NCBI RefSeq assembly: GCF_009914755.1
Contig: NC_060927.1
Reading direction: 5' to 3' (one strand)
DNA length: 64,000 nucleotides
Source: the human T2T-CHM13v2.0 reference genome, Homo sapiens
This document shows, in pieces, positions 57,555-64,000 of the stretch. How positions within the stretch are numbered: position 1 is the first letter of the stretch; each line of letters starts with the position of its first letter. A program made the position numbers and the translations under genes. Under the pieces are notes generated by a model, which saw nothing but the letters and a program-made list of their open reading frames with translations, did no database searches and was not told where the DNA came from.

Positions 57555-57813
57555 ATGAAGCAGGAGGATCACTTGACCCCAGGAGCTTAAGACCAGCCTG
57601 GGCAATGTAGCAAGATCCCATCTCTACAAAAAAATTTTAAAATCTGGGTGTGGTGGCATGCACTTGTAGTCCTAGTTACTTGGAAGGCTGAGGCACGAGG
57701 ATGGCTTGAGTCCAGGTTTCAAGTTACAATGATCTATGATTACACCACTATACTCCAGCCTGGGCAAGAGAACAAGACATTGTCTTTAAAGTCAATACAT
57801 AAATAAATAAAAG
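57555..57813 (+). mobile_element. 5'-truncated AluJ
   Basis: Starts at gcaggaggatcacttg; aac(c/t)atacta on both flanks. Confidence 0.8.
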
Positions 57814-57938
57814 AACTATACTAGTCATAACATCACTATCTGTATCTCAGAAATAAATGCTTCAAACAACCATTTAGAATTTATTGAGCACTAACATAAA
57901 TCTCCAGTCAGAGTTGAGTGCTATAAAATAATGTTTTT

Positions 57939-58390
<452 letters not shown>

Positions 58391-59292
58391 TCAGTGACCC
58401 AACAGCCAAAATGGGCCTGCTCATGTGTATTTCTGTGAGCATTTTAGGATCTGTGACTACAGAGTAATCATAACTCTGAAAAAGAAAAAGGGCAGTCAGG
58501 AGTGGATGGAGAGATTTAATATCTTAATTGTGGCCCTAATGAATACGCAGTTCTCAGTTGAGCAGCCTCGACTTGAGACTGACACCTTGTTTAATACAGG
58601 AAGTAGAGTGCAGCTTTATTAAAGTCTTTAAATGTTGTGGCTGGAGCTCATATTTCTTTTTCACCCTATGCCTATATAATCATGTTGTTCCACTTCCTAC
58701 ATAGCCGCTGGCTCTTCCTGTTGTCCCGCAGCAAGAAGCCAGTGCAAGTTTAGAGTAAGGAAATGACATAATTAAAATGGTATTCGATGCGAAGCCTAAA
58801 ATTCAAAGCCCCATCTTTCCCCTTTCCTCAAATCTGGCCCCAGCACCCTAGATCTTATCTCCTACTCCTCCCTCCCCAGCTCAGGCGGCTGTATTACTCA
58901 CTCTTTCCCAAATCTGCCTTGGCTTTACTGTCCTCCTACATTGCTCATGGTCTTTCCTCTGCCTAGAAGGCCCCTCAACCTTTTTTTTTTCAATATGAAA
59001 CTCACATATGTTGTCTTCCCTGTTGGACTCATAGGACACAAATACCCCTTCACCTGAACTCTTCTGTATCATTGTTTTTTAGTATATATTACATTATCAT
59101 ATTACAGTTATATGCTAGGCAGTATAAAACAGAGTAGGTGCTTCGTAAATTTGCCTTTAACATTCCTCATGTTCTGAATCCTGGCCCCTGCTCTCAGTTG
59201 TCAGAATTCTCCCGTGTGCTGAAGTCTGTGTATATCTGACACATCAATTTGGACATCTATCCAAATTGGGTAGATGCCCAAGGTGGCATTCT

Positions 59293-59490
59293 CCCTCTCT
59301 CTCTCGCTCTCTCTCTCTCCATATATATGTAAAATATATATTATATATACAATTATGTTATATGTAAAGATCATATATAATACACATATATTATATATAC
59401 ATAAATTAATATTATACATAGGATTATATATTATAATAATCCTTATGTATAATTATCTTTATACATAATATAATTATCTTTATGTATAAC
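59293..59490. repeat. (CT)n plus TA-rich low-complexity tract
   Basis: Read directly from the sequence. Confidence 0.85.
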
Positions 59491-60490
59491 ATTAAGGACA
59501 AATTGAAATCAAGGTATGGTATAACTGGAGGGATGATGAAAGTCAGATGAAAGGAAAAACAAAGAAAACCAACAGAGAGAAGAGAAGCTGAGTTCTCTTC
59601 AGTATCGAGGAATACTGCTGTTAAGGTGTTGGTTTCTTTTTTCCATGATAAGCAGATAAGATACAGAGAAACTCCTTGTTTTAAGCCCACTACGCAGGCA
59701 AAGTAGACCAATTCAGGGTCCTCAAGTGATAAGAAAAGTGAGCCAGATAACACAGCTGGGATAGGTTAATCTAAAAGACACACACACACACACACACACA
59801 TACACACACACCATCCTTTTCCTGCCTGATTACAATACAGACTCACAGAAAAGATTGGGGGTAGGGCAGAAGGAGAACGTTTAATGCAGAAATTAATCAG
59901 ATGTTCCAAATAGATTTACATTTTTCTCATAATTAGAGAACCTACCTTGTAATTGTTTAAAGATAAACCAGCACATGGGGATAATCATTAAACTTGAGGA
60001 GACAAAAATTAGGTGTTTCCCTTTTTATGCCCCTAGGAGGTTAAAAAGTTATTTTCACTTTAGTTTTGGTTAACATTCTGGTATTAATTTGATTAATATG
60101 TTATTTATACTTTATCTATTTAAATATATATTAGAGAATGTATAGTAAAAACCAAATATTCAATAAGGTTATTGGAATAAAAATACATCAACATTTTAAA
60201 AAGGAGAGGAAAGCAAAGTCTTTATTACCGTTACACAAAAATTTAATGGTAAGCTTGACTCTGGGCTTCCTGGCAACAAGGATACAAAGAGAAACAGTGG
60301 GTTACATAGTTTCCCTTAACAACAGTTGCAGATCCAATGTGAAAATAGATGAAGATGACTTTTCTAAGAAATGAAAGTACATTCATTTTTTAGAGAGACA
60401 ATTTATCTAAGTACTAAAAAGAGTGTGTAAATTGGAACTGAACTTATATAGGACAGTCAGTGTATAACTCAATGGTCAACATCATTATCA

Positions 60491-60916
<426 letters not shown>

Positions 60917-60975
60917 TCAGAATAGAAGTTTGCTTCTCAGTGAAGATAAATAATGCACTCAAATTACTTGGCTAT

Positions 60976-61350
60976 TGTATTAGTCCGTTCTCACACTCCT
61001 ATAAAGAAATACCTGAGACTGGGTAACTTATAAAGGAAAGAGGTTTAATTGACTCACAGTTTCACATTGCTGGGGAGGCCTCAGGAAGCTTACAATCATG
61101 GCAAAAGGCAAAGGAGAAGCAGACACTTTCTTCACAGGGCAGCAGGACAGAATGAATGCAAGAAGGGGAAATGCCAGACACTTACAAAACCATCAGATCT
61201 CATGAGAACTCACTATCATGAGAACAGCATGGGGGAAACTGCCCCCAAGATCCAATTACCTCCACCTGGTCCCACCCTTGACACTTGGGGATTATGAGAA
61301 TTACAATTCCAGGTGAGATTTGGTTTGGGACACAGAGCCAAACCATATTA
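60976..61350 (-). mobile_element. THE1D/MSTA-like solo LTR
   Basis: tgtattagtccgttctcacac...gggacacagagccaaaccatatta; TSD gctat/gctag. Confidence 0.9.
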
Positions 61351-61719
61351 GCTAGCAAAGGGGCTGAATCAGGGCTTAAAACCCAGTTCTGCCTTACTTC
61401 ACAGTCAATGATTTTTCCACTGCACTTTGCAAGTAGAAACTTCTTGATTCATTAAATCATCATAATATTAAAGCGAACTTCAGCACAAACAATTGTTCCA
61501 TGAGTTAAACTGCAGTAAGATTGAAATGAGTTAATAGCTACAAAGATTTGTTAGGCTATCATTGCAGAGAAAGGAGCAAATATACAGATTCAGGACATAA
61601 AAAGTTAATCAAATCCAACCGATCTTTTCTAATAAAAGAGAACAATAGCAAAAATAATTACAAATGGAATAACATAAATAATTCATAATATCACTGTATG
61701 TGTTTCAAAGTGAGCAGGT

Positions 61720-62180
61720 ATGTACAAACCTACTCCCAAAGACCACAGAAGCTGAAAAGCCAAAGAAAGAGGCTGACAAGTCCAGTTTCTCAGAAAGAAA
61801 CATTTAATAGAGACTTATGAACAGAAGCCATGTCCCCAGTGGCTGTGAAAAAAGATGGTGCATCTCCACGCTGTCACTCCCAGAGTCAAGACACATAAAC
61901 TAAAGGAAAAGAATGTGTAGGAGAATTGAAGTCGACCCCTTGGGGAGAGGCAAGAATGCTCTGTGAATCTGCCCATGGGCAGGATTTATGGTCAAGGTTG
62001 TTTTGACCCAAGGGCAGGATTTAAGGTAACAGTAGATAAAGTACAAATCTTAGAGTAATTCCCAGAACTCGGGTTAATCAGAAGTCAACAGGTAATCTTC
62101 CATGGAATTAGGGTAAAAAGAAAAAAAAAAGTCAGCATGGCAGATTAGCATCCAAGATAGAGTTGCTTTAGCCTCAACAC
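61720..62180 (-). mobile_element. ERV solo LTR (LTR47-like; family uncertain)
   Basis: gaggctgacaagtccagtttctcagaaagaaacatttaatag...gcatccaagatagagttgcttt resembles a recalled LTR consensus. Confidence 0.55.
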
Positions 62181-62411
62181 TGTGCAACACTTTAAGGTTC
62201 CCCACCTGAGAGGGTGAAGGACACAGGAAAGTAAGATCAGGGACTGTAACCACTACAGATCCTGGAGAGGCAAACAAGAAAGGTCTGCTGTTTAGTTTAC
62301 AACACAATATCTCTAGTGATAAGGAATGGCAGAGCGCAGGCAGGACTCTGGTCTGTGATTAAATAGAAAACTTTATTATAAAGAACCCAGGAAATAGAAA
62401 AGGTAGAAAGA

Positions 62412-62552
62412 CTCTCTCTTTCTTCCTTCCTTCCTTCCTTTCTTTCTTTCTCTCTCTCCCCCTCCCGCGCTTCCCTCTTTTTCCTTCCTTCCTTCCTCCC
62501 TTCTTTGCTTCCTTCCTTCTTTTCTTTCCTTTCTTTCTTTCTTCTTTCTTTC
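62412..62552. repeat. Pyrimidine-rich (CCTT/CTTT)n tract
   Basis: Read directly from the sequence. Confidence 0.9.
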
Positions 62553-62649
62553 CATCACCATTACTAAAAGAAAGTCTGGTAATATAATAATAACAATAAC
62601 AGTTGCACTTTATTGAGTGCTTTCTATAGATGTTGAGGTCTGCATTTGT

Positions 62650-62952
62650 CTTTTTTTTTTTTTTTTTTTTTTTTTGGCGACAAGGTCTCACTCTGCCACC
62701 CAGGCTGGAGTGCAATGGTGCGATCATGGATCACCCAGCCTCGAATTCTCAGGTGATTCTCCCACCTCAGCCTCCTGAGTAGCTGGGACTACAGATGGTG
62801 CACCACCATGCCCGGCTAATATTTTTGTATTTTTAGTAGAGACGGGTTTTGCCATGTTGGCCAGGCTGCTCTGGAACTTCTAATCTCAAGCAATCCTGCT
62901 ACCTCGGCTCCCAAGGTGTTGGGATTACAGGCGTGAGCCATTGAGCCTGGAC
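62650..62952 (-). mobile_element. AluJ
   Basis: Antisense dimer with long T tail; flanks tgcatttgtct/tgaatttatct. Confidence 0.85.
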
Positions 62953-63744
62953 TGAATTTATCTAATTTAAGACTTGCACCTTCAGGGTGGTCTCGTCTAT
63001 CTTCAGGCTGCTATGGCCTTATGAAAGCTATTGAAAACCACTCTAACTCATCAGGAATGGGAAACTTTGCTGGGTTTAGTCACTTGAAAAAGTCACATTC
63101 AATGACTACTTTTTGAGCCCCTTCCATATATAAGTCTTGGAGTATGATTCATACAAATATGAATAAAATGACTCCCTTTGCCTTCTAGGAGCTTGGCTAT
63201 CCTAAGAGATAGAGATGCTAGCAGATAAAACAAGGCAGTGAAGGGAGGCCAGTGAGGATTACTTTTTGTCTAGTAATTTGGAATTATTCATTATACAGAA
63301 ATATCCCCTAGTAACATTCATACTTAGAAAAGAGGTAGAAGGTAGCATTAAAGACAATGAACTCAAGAACAAGTGCTCAAATTCTGCCTCTACCAACTTA
63401 TTACCTGAGTGACAACTGACTTCTCTGTGATTCCTTTTTTACTTATAAAATGGGAGTAGTAACAAACAGTAACTCTCACCGCATCAACTAATATTGTCCT
63501 ATATTTGGAAGAATACCGGATACGTATACAATAGTAATTATTGCTCTCAATAAATTTAGCTATTTTTTTCTTAGACATAAATATTGGCAATCTAATTATG
63601 GCCATTCTAAATGTGCTGTGTTGGTGCACATTCTCCTTAGACCTGAAGGGAGAAAGGTTGTCTCTAAGATGTCTGTGTAGTCAAGTGTATTTCTGGCATT
63701 GCTCGAGGCAAGGAAATGTTTGCAACACAGTGCTTTGGGTCAAA

Positions 63745-64000
63745 GCCATCATTTATTCTTGAGCACCATTTACATGTCCGGTATCCTTGTAGGCACACTA
63801 GGGATATAGCACTGGAGAGAACAGGCAAAACTCTCTGCCTGCCTGCCTTACATTCTAGTGAGGAGAGACAGACAATAAACATAATTTAAAAAGTACATTT
63901 TACAATATAGTAGAATGTGGTGACTTTGTCAAAAAGTAAATTTAAGTAGTATGGAAAACACATTTTAAACTTTTAAGTAGAGTGGTCAGAGCAGGCCTGA
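63745..64000 (-). mobile_element. L2 3' fragment, antisense
   Basis: catttattcttgagcacc...taggcacactagggatatagc...tacattctagtgaggagagacagacaataaac. Confidence 0.65.

Noticed and set aside
62054-62137. Tiny poly(A)-tailed insert with apparent TSD aagtca(a/g)ca
   Set aside because: The 'insert' resembles the preceding ~38 nt (gtaatt…cc…gaa…gggt…aagtcaaca), so a diverged tandem duplication with A-run expansion is simpler.

Overview
Human (primate) genomic DNA, almost entirely intronic and repeat-rich: Alu, L1, L2, MIR, MaLR/ERV-L LTRs, DNA-transposon fossils, microsatellites and a 1.8-kb AT-rich VNTR. Only one exon is supportable (+ strand, acceptor at 52842-52843). From recalled protein sequences, not a database search, I recognise it as shared by two genes at 3q13.2. 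It encodes the C-terminus of PLCXD2 (...LALIPVYPLRFSRRS*) and, in another frame, the N-terminus of a long PHLDB2 isoform (MEEEDTKREVPKEDGVGDVQHF...). The PLCXD2 stop overlaps the PHLDB2 start (TGATG). Other notable structures: two tailless small-RNA retrocopies with target-site duplications (tRNA-Cys 5' half, U2 5' end); three short locally templated copies, including a ~120-bp inverted duplication; four perfect (TA)n-centred palindromes (up to 80 bp) at the VNTR edges; a consensus-like AluYa5; and a full-length THE1 nested in an older MST LTR. The other ORFs in the track appear repeat-derived or random. I found no prokaryote-type system and no clearly new gene system. Repeat subfamily calls are by eye and boundaries of old repeats are approximate.
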